Notes: generated by a model not told the origin, from the letters alone. Counted from the first letter of the stretch, positions 8,363 to 19,376 are shown. The stretch: DNA of 64,000 nt from Candidatus Latescibacterota bacterium (GCA_965248265.1 CBDFJF010000002.1:320001-384000); one strand, 5' to 3'. Made by a program: numbers and translations.

Positions 8363-9427
8363 ATGACGTATGCAACCTCGCAGATCGACGACGGAGCACA
8401 ATTCGTGAAGTCGTGGGACAGGAGCGACATGGAGGAAAGGCAAGCGAGGCCCGTCCAGCACTCCGTGCCCCTGCTGCAGACCCGCAATGCCAGAATGAAG
8501 AAACTGCTTCTGGAACTGAAACCGATCGCCTTCAGCGACTCCACAGCGCTGATCCAGGGAGAATCGGGTACCGGCAAGGAAGTGATCGCACGCTTCATTC
8601 ACGCCAGCAGCCAACGGCATCGAGGTCCGTTCGTCGGCGTCAACTGCGCCTCTCTCCCCGAAGGGGTACTGGACAGCGAGCTGTTCGGCCACGAGAAGGG
8701 TGCTTTTACGGGTGCCGTGCGGCAACGCCCGGGCCGTTTCGAGATGGCGCAGGAGGGGACCCTGTTTCTCGATGAGATCGGCTCCGCCCCCCGGAGAGTG
8801 CAGTTGCCGCTGTTGCGTGTCCTCCAAGAGCGGGAGTACGAGCGCCTGGGCGGCACCCGGACGCTGACCGCCGATGTCCGAGTGCTGGCCGCCAGCAACA
8901 TCGACCTGGAGCAGTGTGTGAAGGATGGCAGCTTCCGCGATGATCTGTTCTATCGCCTCAACATCCTTCCTGTCCGACTGCCCGCGTTGCGGGAGCGGCC
9001 CGAGGATATCCCCTTGTTCATCGATCACTTTTTGCACCAGACGCGATCGGCAACGGGGCATGCGGTAGAGGGAATCGACGTTGAAGCGGAACAGATCCTG
9101 CGCAGTTACCCGTGGCCAGGTAATATCCGTCAGCTCTCCAATACGCTGGAACGGATGATCATCCTGTCACGTTCACCAAGGTTGGGCGTGGTTGATGTCC
9201 CAGCGGAGATCCTTCACTGGCGCGACGACGATGAGCTAATTGCTCTCGGTAGCGGGGTGACTTACTGGGAAGCGAGAAGCCGGTTCGACAGACGCTTTCT
9301 GACTCATGCACTGGAACGCCACAACGGCGTGGTTTCGCACGTGGCTGAAGCCATCGGCATGTCGAGAAAGAATCTGTACGCCCGGTTGGACAACCTTAGG
9401 ATTGACGTCCAACAGTTTCGCAGATAA
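8363..9427 (+). CDS. Sigma54-dependent transcriptional activator (AAA+ and HTH, no sensor domain)
   Basis: GESGTGKE, GHEKGAFTGA, FLDEIG, FRDDLFYRL, WPGNIRQL; start placed at the ATG downstream of the sigma54 promoter. Confidence 0.92.
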   Translation: MTYATSQIDDGAQFVKSWDRSDMEERQARPVQHSVPLLQTRNARMKKLLLELKPIAFSDSTALIQGESGTGKEVIARFIHASSQRHRGPFVGVNCASLPEGVLDSELFGHEKGAFTGAVRQRPGRFEMAQEGTLFLDEIGSAPRRVQLPLLRVLQEREYERLGGTRTLTADVRVLAASNIDLEQCVKDGSFRDDLFYRLNILPVRLPALRERPEDIPLFIDHFLHQTRSATGHAVEGIDVEAEQILRSYPWPGNIRQLSNTLERMIILSRSPRLGVVDVPAEILHWRDDDELIALGSGVTYWEARSRFDRRFLTHALERHNGVVSHVAEAIGMSRKNLYARLDNLRIDVQQFRR

Positions 9428-9429
9428 AG

Positions 9430-9479
9430 ATCGACGCCGCAGGCGTCGATTTAATGATCGACACAAGCTGTCGATCATT
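9430..9479. terminator. Twin hairpins between convergent genes
   Basis: ATCGACGCC-GCA-GGCGTCGAT and AATGATCGACA-CAAGC-TGTCGATCATT. Confidence 0.55.
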
Positions 9480-9532
9480 CGAAGACTCTGGACGAGATGA
9501 ACCTGCCAGATCGACCAGAGGAAGCCAGGCGG

Positions 9533-10687
9533 TCACTCGGTGCTGGTGGGTGGGTCGGGTGCTACGAAGCCGGCGGCGGCGCTGAATCGGCGGAGTTGAC
9601 GCAGCAGGTAGTCGCGATGTTCGCCGTCGTCTGGTTCGAGTTCGACGGCGCGGCGTATCAGGGCGAGGGCCTGGTTTTGGCGGCCCTGGCGATAGAGTAC
9701 TTCGGCGTAGGTGTCGAGGTAGACGCTGTTGTCGGCCTCCTCCTTGACGGCCCTCAGAGAGAGCTCGCGCGCTCGTTCCAGTGCGGTGTTTTCCTCAGCG
9801 TAGGTCCAGGCCAGGTTGTTCATGAGGGACGCGGGAGGTGACTCCACTTGCATGGCCCACTCGTAGTATTGGATGGCGCGTTGCCGATGCCCCGCATCGT
9901 ACCAAAGACCGGCGATGCGAGAGGCCGCCGCTGCATCATCGGTTTCCCTCATCAGGCGCTCGAAGAGATGCTCGGCTTCTTCGGCACGATCCTGTTGTAG
10001 CCGGAATTCGCCCAGTGTAAGCAGGGCGAAACGATCGCCAGGATCGAATTCAAGACTGGATTCCAGAACCTGGGCGGCATCCCCAGCGCGGTCGCGAAGC
10101 AGGTACGCCTTTGCCAGCTGATGACGAGCGAAGGCCAGGCTCTCGTCGTTGACATCACCAGGTTCGGCCACGGCTCCCTCGAGCAACTCCAGGCCACGTG
10201 CGGCGCGCTCCGAATCCGTGGAATCAGCGCTCTCGTACGCCCACCCAAGAGCTATCCGGGCATTCCAGTTGTCGGATGAACTCTCGAACAAGCGCTCGAG
10301 CGCATCGATGCCAAGAGGCTGTCTGCCAGCCTCGGTGCAAACCCGGTGCAGCAGCATGTACAGACCGACATCGTCCGGGTCCAGGTGAATGGCCTGTGTG
10401 ATTGATTCAACGGCCTCTTCGGTTTCTCCCTTCTGGTTGTACGCGCGTGCCATGACCAGGAGAGGAGCTACCGTGTCTGCGTCCTCGCGCAGCGCCCGGA
10501 CCGCTTCCGCCAGGGCTCGGTCGGGAAACTGCGCTCGGAGGTAATGGTGAGCCAACCCCAGATGATCGAAGCGGGCTTGCGCTTCGATCACGGGCAGACT
10601 GCAGTGATTCTCGATCACGAAGGCGCCGACCACGGCGATACAGGCGATGAAGCCGTGGCCGCGATGGCGTGACTGAAGTAGTGGCAT
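9533..10687 (-). CDS. TPR repeat protein with N-terminal TM/signal
   Basis: Helical repeats; NNLAWTYA...YLDTYAEVLY motif; coupled to rodA stop. Confidence 0.85.
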   Translation of the reverse strand: MPLLQSRHRGHGFIACIAVVGAFVIENHCSLPVIEAQARFDHLGLAHHYLRAQFPDRALAEAVRALREDADTVAPLLVMARAYNQKGETEEAVESITQAIHLDPDDVGLYMLLHRVCTEAGRQPLGIDALERLFESSSDNWNARIALGWAYESADSTDSERAARGLELLEGAVAEPGDVNDESLAFARHQLAKAYLLRDRAGDAAQVLESSLEFDPGDRFALLTLGEFRLQQDRAEEAEHLFERLMRETDDAAAASRIAGLWYDAGHRQRAIQYYEWAMQVESPPASLMNNLAWTYAEENTALERARELSLRAVKEEADNSVYLDTYAEVLYRQGRQNQALALIRRAVELEPDDGEHRDYLLRQLRRFSAAAGFVAPDPPTSTE

Positions 10688-11910
10688 CAGTACTCGTGAC
10701 GGTGGGCGTAGACGTGAAGGAGCAAACCGATGAAGACGCAGTTGGTCAGCAACGAGGAGCCTCCGTAGCTGAGGAACGGCAGCGGTAATCCGGTAACCGG
10801 CATTACACCGATAGTCATACCGACATTGACGAAAACCTGAAAGGCGATCACCGATGCGATTCCGATCGCCAGCAACGAAAAGAATCGATTGTTGGCCATG
10901 GTGCCGACGTAGACGGCTCGCCAGATCAGAAACAGAAAGGTCGACAGCACTACGACCGTCCCAAGAAGGCCGAGTTCCTCACCCACTACGGAAAATATAA
11001 AGTCCGTATGTGCCTCCGGGAGGAACTCGTACTTTGTCTGCGTTCCCTCAAGAAACCCCAATCCGGTCAGTCCTCCCGACCCGATGGCGATCAATGACTG
11101 GATGATAGTCCAGCCATCTCCAAGTGGATCTCTTTCCGGATCGAGGAAGGTCTCGATGCGACCTCTCTGATAGGGGTGCAGGAATCTCTGCCAGATCACG
11201 ACGTTGATGAGGCCCGCCGAAAGATTGATGGCCAGCAGGGCGAGGGTGACCCACAACCGCGACAGCATGGCCTGAACCGCCACCGAACTGGCGATGATGA
11301 ATACAGCGAACACGATTGGCGCGCTGTCCTGTCCCCACAGCGGTTCAAAGGAGAAGGCTACGCTCAAGAAAGGCGCGGTGATGAAGAACACGTACAGCGG
11401 TCTCATGCCCGCCCAGTAGAGCATCGGCAGCAGGGCAGCCCCGAGTGCCATGGCTGTGCCCAGATCCGGTTGCCTGACGACAAGAAACATGGGCAGGCCA
11501 CACAACGCCAGTGCCATAAGGAAGGGCCGGGACCGTGCTACTTGCTCACTATTCAAGTCGCCCAGGTAACGGGCCAGAGCCATGACCGTGGCGATCTTGG
11601 CAAACTCGGAAGGTTGAACGCTCACCGACCCAAGGCTCAACCAGCGAGACGATTCGCCCGTGCCCCAGGCAAGCACAGCCAGCAAACTCAAAATACTCAC
11701 TCCGTAGAGCGGATAGGCCACGCCGTACAATACCTTGTCCGGGATGTAGACGATCGCCACGGCGAGGAGCAGAAAAATGACGCCGTACGTCGCCTGGCTC
11801 TTCCAAACGGCCGATGGACTGGAGGCACTGTAAATCATCGTGATCCCAAACAGGATGGCCATGGCAGCCGCCAACAACAACATCAAGTCGAATTCCCGGG
11901 AGAGATTCAC
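10687..11910 (-). CDS. rodA: Rod shape-determining protein RodA
   Basis: QPSEFAK, QPDLGT, LPEAHTDFIF, PVTGLPLPFLSYGGSS. Confidence 0.96.
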   Translation of the reverse strand: MNLSREFDLMLLLAAAMAILFGITMIYSASSPSAVWKSQATYGVIFLLLAVAIVYIPDKVLYGVAYPLYGVSILSLLAVLAWGTGESSRWLSLGSVSVQPSEFAKIATVMALARYLGDLNSEQVARSRPFLMALALCGLPMFLVVRQPDLGTAMALGAALLPMLYWAGMRPLYVFFITAPFLSVAFSFEPLWGQDSAPIVFAVFIIASSVAVQAMLSRLWVTLALLAINLSAGLINVVIWQRFLHPYQRGRIETFLDPERDPLGDGWTIIQSLIAIGSGGLTGLGFLEGTQTKYEFLPEAHTDFIFSVVGEELGLLGTVVVLSTFLFLIWRAVYVGTMANNRFFSLLAIGIASVIAFQVFVNVGMTIGVMPVTGLPLPFLSYGGSSLLTNCVFIGLLLHVYAHRHEY

Positions 11911-13667
11911 TGAGACATCTGCATCCTGGCCGTCAGCCCCTGACCGGAGTCATAGCCACTGGATTCGAGGTAGGCTTCGATGACCTGGCGCGCCACCGGA
12001 CCTGCCCGGGCACCGCCTGGACCGCCGGCTTCGATGACGACGGCCACGGCAATCTCCGGCTCGTGGTATGGCGCGAAGGCGATGAACCAGGCATCATCGT
12101 CGGGACGGTTGGGAACCTGTGCGGTGCCGCTTTTGCCAGCGACTTCGACTCCTGGGATCTGCACCCGTCGTCCAGTTCCCTTGTCACCCTGGACGACCCT
12201 GTGCATGGCCTTCTTGACGATATCCAGGGTGGCCGGAGACACCGTTTCGATCTTCTTGGTGGGAGGGGGTGAGCCACTCACGTACGGCGTCACCAGGTAA
12301 CCCCCGTTTCCCAGAGCGGCCGTGTAGCGTGCCATTTGCAGCGGGGTCGCCAACATGTCACCCTGGCCTATCACGAGATTCATCAGGTGGCCGCGGACCC
12401 ACACGTCATAGTATTCCCGGGTGGGTAACAGGCCAGTCTTCTCTCCCGGGTCGAGGCGGATGCCGGTATGTTGACCGAAGCCGAAATCATCCGCGCTCTG
12501 ACGCCAGGCCTCCATACCCAGGGCCAGAGCCAGGTGGTTGAAGTAGATGTTGCACGACGCCTCGACGGCTCCGAGCAGGTTGAGTTCACCGTGTCCTTCG
12601 CGGTTGGCGCAGCGAAAGACGACGTCGCCAACCGCGAGCGAGCCGGCGCAGGCCTCAAAGGTGCTCAGTGTGTCCGTGATGCCTGCTTCGAGAGCGGCCA
12701 CCGCGGCGACGAGCTTGAGGGTTGATCCCGGCGGATAGGTGCCCTTGGTAGCACGATTGAGCATCGGGTTCCCCTCGCCTTCAATGAAGCGGTTGCGCTG
12801 CTTCTGCGCTTGAAACGACACAAAAGCGTTGGGGTCGAAACTGGGCTTGCTGACCATGGCCAGTACGGCGCCGGTCTGTGCATCGAGCGCCACGACGCTG
12901 CCGGCCAGGGTGTCAGGGAGTGCACTCTCCGCGGCCTGTTGTATTGCCAAGTCCAACGTCAAGGTGAGGTCGTGACCGTTGAGGGGCGTCTGGTTCTTTT
13001 CCGGGTAGGGAAAATCGTTCTTGACGCGGCGCAGGGCATCCACTTCGATGTAGCGCACGCCGTCATCTCCGCGCAGGCTGTCCTCGTAGACCTTCTCGAT
13101 TCCGGTCTTGCCGATGTAGTCGCCTGTTTCATAGCGCTCGGCGCGGGGTGCAGACAGGTCGCTTTCCTGCATCTCCCCCATGTAGCCGAGCAGGTGCGCG
13201 ACCAGGGGACCGTAGGGGTAATTGCGCTGTGGCTCGATCTCGATATCGAGGTTCCACTCGTCGCGCAGCCGTTCTTCCACCACGCACACAGTCTTGAAAT
13301 CGATGTCCCGTTTCAGTCGAACCCGGGTTGATTTGCCACTGGGGGAATATTTGATGGAGCTGCCGATCACCTGTTCCAGGGCGGCGACCGCCAGGGAATC
13401 GCGTTCGGGAGTGGATCGAGTCAGAAAGATGGTGTAGGAGGCGCGGTTGCCCGCCAGGACATTGGCCGCCGAGTCGAGGATAAGGCCTCTGGGAGCCTTG
13501 ACGCGCTTGTGCTGTATGCGGTTATCCTCGGACTCGTTGGTGTAGTCCTCAGCACTTATGATCTGGATGTGGAAGAGTCTTAGAAACAGAACGCCGAACA
13601 ACAGGCCGACGATGACGAGAATCGTTCGCTGTTTGCGGATCCACTCATCGTGGGTGGCGGGATCCAT
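11907..13667 (-). CDS. mrdA: Penicillin-binding protein 2
   Basis: APRGLI, YPPGSTLK (SxxK), SCN, KSGTAQ. Confidence 0.95.
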   Translation of the reverse strand: MDPATHDEWIRKQRTILVIVGLLFGVLFLRLFHIQIISAEDYTNESEDNRIQHKRVKAPRGLILDSAANVLAGNRASYTIFLTRSTPERDSLAVAALEQVIGSSIKYSPSGKSTRVRLKRDIDFKTVCVVEERLRDEWNLDIEIEPQRNYPYGPLVAHLLGYMGEMQESDLSAPRAERYETGDYIGKTGIEKVYEDSLRGDDGVRYIEVDALRRVKNDFPYPEKNQTPLNGHDLTLTLDLAIQQAAESALPDTLAGSVVALDAQTGAVLAMVSKPSFDPNAFVSFQAQKQRNRFIEGEGNPMLNRATKGTYPPGSTLKLVAAVAALEAGITDTLSTFEACAGSLAVGDVVFRCANREGHGELNLLGAVEASCNIYFNHLALALGMEAWRQSADDFGFGQHTGIRLDPGEKTGLLPTREYYDVWVRGHLMNLVIGQGDMLATPLQMARYTAALGNGGYLVTPYVSGSPPPTKKIETVSPATLDIVKKAMHRVVQGDKGTGRRVQIPGVEVAGKSGTAQVPNRPDDDAWFIAFAPYHEPEIAVAVVIEAGGPGGARAGPVARQVIEAYLESSGYDSGQGLTARMQMSQ

Positions 13668-13674
13668 CCTTCAC

Positions 13675-14166
13675 TCACCCCTCATCACCGACATAACGGC
13701 GCCGTACATCGAACACACTGATGACGATGGCGGCGATGACGCCGCTGTAGAATGCTCGTCCAATGCCGTAGCGCAACCAGTAGTACGGGACGTGGCCCAA
13801 GGCAATATCACTGTGCCCGATGTAATAGATCAGGTCATGGACGAGGACGGCGCCGCAAACCAACAAAAGCCGAACATGTAGTGTATCGATCATGACGCCA
13901 CTGCGTCCCAAGCCGATCGCAAAACCGATGATCGACTTTGTGAAGGCGTTCAGTCCGAGGTCGGCTGGAGCGTAGGCATCCTGAAAGAGTCCGACTCCGA
14001 AGCCGAAGATCGTGGCTTCGATGTGGCCGGCCGTGGCGCCGATGAGGACGATGACGAGCAGGATGAGATCGGGCTGGATCTCGAAGATCTCGATTTGGTG
14101 AACCCAGGTCGTCTGTAAGATGGCTGCCAGGGTGAGGTACAGCAGGTGCCGGAAGATCCGGTACAT
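13675..14166 (-). CDS. mreD: Rod shape-determining protein MreD
   Basis: Multi-TM, QPDLIL...GLFQD...LGLNA; position before mrdA. Confidence 0.9.
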   Translation of the reverse strand: MYRIFRHLLYLTLAAILQTTWVHQIEIFEIQPDLILLVIVLIGATAGHIEATIFGFGVGLFQDAYAPADLGLNAFTKSIIGFAIGLGRSGVMIDTLHVRLLLVCGAVLVHDLIYYIGHSDIALGHVPYYWLRYGIGRAFYSGVIAAIVISVFDVRRRYVGDEG

Positions 14167-14169
14167 CGG

Positions 14170-16149
14170 TCAGTCTATGGATTCCTGGTTCACGATCTCC
14201 AGGGTCATGCCGGCGAGCAGCGTCGATGACATGTCCATGTTGTTCTGCCTGGCGATCTGTTTCGCGTCGAGGCCAAAGCGCCGGGCGATCGCGTAGAGCG
14301 TATCTCCTTTGAGGACGGTGTAGGTAAGCGTCTGCGGGGCAGCGATGAGCAGTTCCTGTCCTGGATGAATCACTGCTCCACTCAAACCGTTCCAGGCTTT
14401 GATCCGGGAAATATCTACATCGAAGCGATTGGCAATCTGCCACAGGGTTTCGCCGCGCCGTACCGTATGCGTGGTCCCTGCCACAGATCGCTGCTGGGAG
14501 ACGGTGGATGCCGCCTTTCCGGCGGTGCCCGGCTTCGCAGCAGCGTCCGTCACCAGTTTGTCACCTGGCCGTATGAGGTCACCGCGGAGGCCGTTCCACT
14601 GTCTCAGTTGCGCCACGCTGACACCGAAACTCTGCGCAATCCGGCTCAGGGAATCGCCGCGTCGTACTGTGTACTCACCGCCGTTGGCAATGCGCTTTCC
14701 GGCATTGTGGCGTCCGGGTATACGCAATTTCTGTCCGGGACGGATCAGATTCGGATCCCTGAGGTCGTTCACAGCAGCGATGTGAGAAGCGCGGACGTTG
14801 AACATGCTGGCGATGGTGGAGATGTTGTCACCTCGCCGCACGACGTACTCGGCATCGGTGAATTTTTCAGAGTCCGGCAGACGCTCATACCGCGCTAGAA
14901 ACGCCGCTCCCTGACCCGTGGGCACGCGCAGCCGATAGGGTTTCTTTGTCCTGGGCGTAACGGCTCCTCTGAGCTCCGGATTCAATCTCTTCACGGTCGA
15001 GACCGGTACGCCCAGTGCTTTGGCCGCGGCGCTCAGATAGACCTGTTCAGGTAGGGCGACTTCGTCGTGCACAAAGGGCGGGTCAAAGCCGACCTCCCCG
15101 AATCCGAACAGGTCCGGGCTCTTGGCGATGACGGTGGCCGCCATCAGCAGCGGCACGTAGTTGCGGGTCTCGCGCGGCAGTTGAAGTTTCCAGAAATCAC
15201 GTGTCCCATCCCGTTCGATGGCGCGGTTCACACGACCGCGTCCGGCGTTGTAGGCTGCGGCCGCCAGTCGCCAGTCACCGAACTCCTTGTACAAGCGCCG
15301 CAGATGCTTGGCGGCGGCTACCGTGGATTTCACCGGGTCGCGACGCTCATCGATCAGCGAGGTGCGGTGCAGCCCCTCCAGCCTGCCCGTGCTCTGAATG
15401 AACTGCCACAAACCGACAGCATGAGCGCGTGAGTAGGCGGTCGGCTTGAAGCCGCTCTCGATCATGGCGAGATAGAAGAAATCCTCCGGTATTCCATGTT
15501 CCCGCAGTATCGGCAGCACGAGATCGCGGTAACGTCCGGAGCGCTGCAGCCAGGTGCCGTAGGTCTCCCGTCCGCGCCCCTGAAAGAAGCGGATACTGGC
15601 GGCGACGGTGGAGTTGGCGTCAATGGGCACATCGCAACGCGGCGCCAGTTGCAAGATGCGAACGATCGGACTGGCATTCGGAGGGAGGTCTTCGACCTCC
15701 TCTTCAGAGAGTCCTTCCAACAACAGGGAAAGAGGACTGTCAGGCGAGAACAGCTCAACGTGTGGGACCAGAGACAGGTAAGCTTCCTCGACCGCGGCGC
15801 CCAGTTTCTCCACCTCGGCATGCGTCCAACCTTCCGCTGTGGAGTCCGCTTCAGCATTTGGATCCTGCTCCAGGACCGCCAACAGCTCGAAGGCAGCGTC
15901 CAGCTCTTGCTGAGCATCCTGATAGCGTCCGATGGTGCGGTCGTCGAGGGCGCGAAACAGGTGCCACCGTGCCGTCAGCACCATGCTCTCGAACGCCCTC
16001 GACGACATCTGATCATGGATACCGGTTGAGTCGGCCTCGGCTAACGCGGAGTGGACGGGGCTCTGGGCCTGGAACAGTGGTGCGCACGAGGAGGAGAACG
16101 ACACCAGCGTCGCCAGCACCAGCCAGTACAGCGCCCTGGCCGCCATCAA
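14170..16149 (-). CDS. MltD-like lytic transglycosylase lipoprotein with 4 LysM domains
   Basis: Lipobox-like SSSC; LAMIESG, AVGLWQF, AAYNAG, ETRNYVP; repeated Y/HxVxxGD/E motifs. Confidence 0.92.
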   Translation of the reverse strand: MMAARALYWLVLATLVSFSSSCAPLFQAQSPVHSALAEADSTGIHDQMSSRAFESMVLTARWHLFRALDDRTIGRYQDAQQELDAAFELLAVLEQDPNAEADSTAEGWTHAEVEKLGAAVEEAYLSLVPHVELFSPDSPLSLLLEGLSEEEVEDLPPNASPIVRILQLAPRCDVPIDANSTVAASIRFFQGRGRETYGTWLQRSGRYRDLVLPILREHGIPEDFFYLAMIESGFKPTAYSRAHAVGLWQFIQSTGRLEGLHRTSLIDERRDPVKSTVAAAKHLRRLYKEFGDWRLAAAAYNAGRGRVNRAIERDGTRDFWKLQLPRETRNYVPLLMAATVIAKSPDLFGFGEVGFDPPFVHDEVALPEQVYLSAAAKALGVPVSTVKRLNPELRGAVTPRTKKPYRLRVPTGQGAAFLARYERLPDSEKFTDAEYVVRRGDNISTIASMFNVRASHIAAVNDLRDPNLIRPGQKLRIPGRHNAGKRIANGGEYTVRRGDSLSRIAQSFGVSVAQLRQWNGLRGDLIRPGDKLVTDAAAKPGTAGKAASTVSQQRSVAGTTHTVRRGETLWQIANRFDVDISRIKAWNGLSGAVIHPGQELLIAAPQTLTYTVLKGDTLYAIARRFGLDAKQIARQNNMDMSSTLLAGMTLEIVNQESID

Positions 16150-17041
16150 CGATCGCTCGGCAGATAGACCATGGCGCGAACGTTGAAGGCATTGGGGTAC
16201 CAGCGCTTGATCGATTCGGCCGCCCGCTTGGCCTCGTTCTCGGAACGGTAGTTACCGACCAGTACCTTGTTCAGGGGGCCTTCGAGCTTGATATCGATGT
16301 CATTCCGTCCAAGCTTGGAACGCGCGAGATTGAGAGCCCGTTGGGCTTCCTGATAGTCGCGCGATTGCTTGATGAGAACGCGCCACCCCGACATGCGCAC
16401 GAGCTCCGGTTCGGGCAGATCCGGTTCGGGTGCCTCGTCGTCGATAAAAGGGGAGTCGGCGACCGGAGAGTCTTCGAAAGGGAGGTCGGGTTTGAAGGGC
16501 GTCGTCCGGGGCGCCGATGGGCTGGCTTCCGGAGTTCGGATGCCCGCTAACTCGAACTCGGTGACCACGTAGGCTTCAGAGAAGTCTCCTCCAAGGGCCT
16601 TGATCTTTCCTTTCAACCGGTGAGCCGCATCGCTGTTGTCGAACCGGCCGGCGCGAACCATGTGCAGGCTGTTCTTCAACACTATCTCGACGCCATCGTG
16701 CACACGCTCGCGCAGTTGCCCCGCGAGCCGGGACGCGGAGTTGCCGTCCCGGAGTGCGATGACCTGGACCCTGTAGATGATGCGCGGAGTGCCGACGAGA
16801 GTGGCATCCCGGTCATGAGACGATTCCAACGGCCGTTCATGGTCGGCGAGGGCGGTTGGCGAATCGTTACTGGCCGGCTCGACTGGCGGCGGCGCGAACT
16901 TGGGTTGGATCAACAACAAATCTTCACGGTACGGTGTGGGGTCGAACTGCTCCCGCGGCGTCGAGGCGTCGGCGCGTTTCGCAAAAGGCAAGTGCGGGGC
17001 AGCGAGCAAGGTTACAGCCGCGCAGATCAACGTGCCTCTGA

Positions 17042-17045
<4 letters not shown>
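16146..17045 (-). CDS. SPOR domain protein (two SPOR domains)
   Basis: Signal peptide; YRVQVIA...VRAGRF and GWRVLI...VLVGNY...YPNAF; ATGA overlap with mtnA. Confidence 0.8.
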
Positions 17046-18117
<1,072 letters not shown>

Positions 18118-18121
<4 letters not shown>

Positions 18122-18579
18122 GAGGTGGCCACCTGTTCGACATCCTCGACGGTAAACAATTCAGCGTCGCCCCACAGTCGCTCTAGTGCGTAATGCCCAC
18201 GGGCGTCATTGCGGAAGACGTGCACGACCACATCGACTATGTCGACGAGTATCCAACGCCTTTGTTCCATACCCTCTACATGCCACGGCCGGTGTCCGGA
18301 TTCCTTGAGCTTGTCGACGACCTCCTCGGCCAACGACTTTACATGCAGGTCTGACGAGCCTGTGCAGAGGACGAAGTAGTCGGCCACATCGGTCACTGCC
18401 TCCAGGCCCATGATGACGATATCCAACCCCTTTTTCTCGAGCAGCGAATCGACAATGATGCGCAGACGCGGATCGCGCACACGCGGATCGCGCAGACGCG
18501 GATCGATGGTCTCTCTTGTCAACTGGTCCTCGTCGGAACCACTATCTGAAGGGGAAAAGGATTGTGTGGTGTCAGTCAT
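18118..18579 (-). CDS. rsfS: Ribosome silencing factor RsfS
   Basis: EKKGLDI, DYFVLCTG, WILVD...VVHVF...YALERLWGD. Confidence 0.93.
18461..18505. repeat. 15-bp tandem triplication inside rsfS
   Basis: CGCAGACGCGGATCG x3, encoding DPRLR-DPRVR-DPRLR. Confidence 0.9.
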
Positions 18580-19001
18580 GGATCCAACAATTTCAGTTTC
18601 TGGTAGTCGCGTCCGACGATCACGGAAACCTCCTCAATTCTGAATTCGTCCTCACTGATCTGCTGGATGTAATGTGGGATGCCCAGGATGTCAGCTACGC
18701 GACGTGCCTTGCCAAGGTCGCCAACACGGTCGATGGTCATCGAGTAGGGATACCCAAAGCTATCGGCATTGCCTTCGTGGATGACGTCGAGACCCAGTCC
18801 TCGAGCTTTCTTCGTCAGGCGAGCAGCCAGCTGCGAGGCGCCACAGCCATTGAAGATCGCTATGCGGATAGGTTGTTCCAACTCCGGAAGCGACGACCGT
18901 GCAGCGGCTTCCGGCTGCGACTCCAGATAGGGTCGCAATCCCGCCACCAACAGAACAGCTCCAGCCAAGCTGGCAAGGAGCCAAACCAGTCTTTCCTGCA
19001 C
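18576..19001 (-). CDS. LytR C-terminal domain protein
   Basis: TM then IAIFNGCG...GNAD...VSVIVGRDY. Confidence 0.85.
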   Translation of the reverse strand: MQERLVWLLASLAGAVLLVAGLRPYLESQPEAAARSSLPELEQPIRIAIFNGCGASQLAARLTKKARGLGLDVIHEGNADSFGYPYSMTIDRVGDLGKARRVADILGIPHYIQQISEDEFRIEEVSVIVGRDYQKLKLLDP

Positions 19002-19114
19002 GCTTCTCCAGTACTCCTCAAGCAGGAAAGGGAGATGAGATCGTGTTCGGGGGGCGAACGTCTATAAAATGAAGGACAGTCAGGCCGTTAAGTCAATATT
19101 ATAAAACAGACTTA

Positions 19115-19147
19115 CGACCCGTGGAGGTAACCCGCTAAAGCGGGTCG
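19115..19147 (-). terminator. Hairpin downstream of small peptide ORF
   Basis: CGACCCG...CGGGTCG with alternative inner stem ACCCGCT-AA-AGCGGGT. Confidence 0.45.
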
Positions 19148-19171
19148 GGTGTTATCGTGCGGAGTTGAGGC

Positions 19172-19273
19172 TCAGGCCGAAAACAAGCCCATGCCGATTC
19201 GGATGCACAGGTACGCAGAGCCGAGAACGGTGGCGAGTCGAGCGAGCCTGTCAGCAAATTTGTCCATGATCAC
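19172..19273 (-). CDS. Small hydrophobic peptide, 31-33 aa (not in ORF track)
   Basis: (VI)MDKFADRLARLATVLGSAYLCIRIGMGLFSA*; GTG overlaps the uORF stop (GTGA). Confidence 0.55.
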   Translation of the reverse strand: MIMDKFADRLARLATVLGSAYLCIRIGMGLFSA

Positions 19274-19341
19274 GCGGCCGGAATGGGGTTACAAAGTTGC
19301 ACTGCACATATGTAATAGTGCACATGTGTTGCAGTGCTCAT
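19270..19341 (-). CDS. Leaderless uORF, 23 aa
   Basis: MSTATHVHYYICAVQLCNPIPAA*; ATG is 7 nt after the -10 box. Confidence 0.4.
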   Translation of the reverse strand: MSTATHVHYYICAVQLCNPIPAA

Positions 19342-19347
19342 ATGTGT

Positions 19348-19376
19348 ATGGTAATAAACATCGATGCGGGTGTCAA
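19348..19376 (-). promoter_or_regulatory. Sigma70 promoter
   Basis: TTGACA-N17-TACCAT. Confidence 0.7.
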
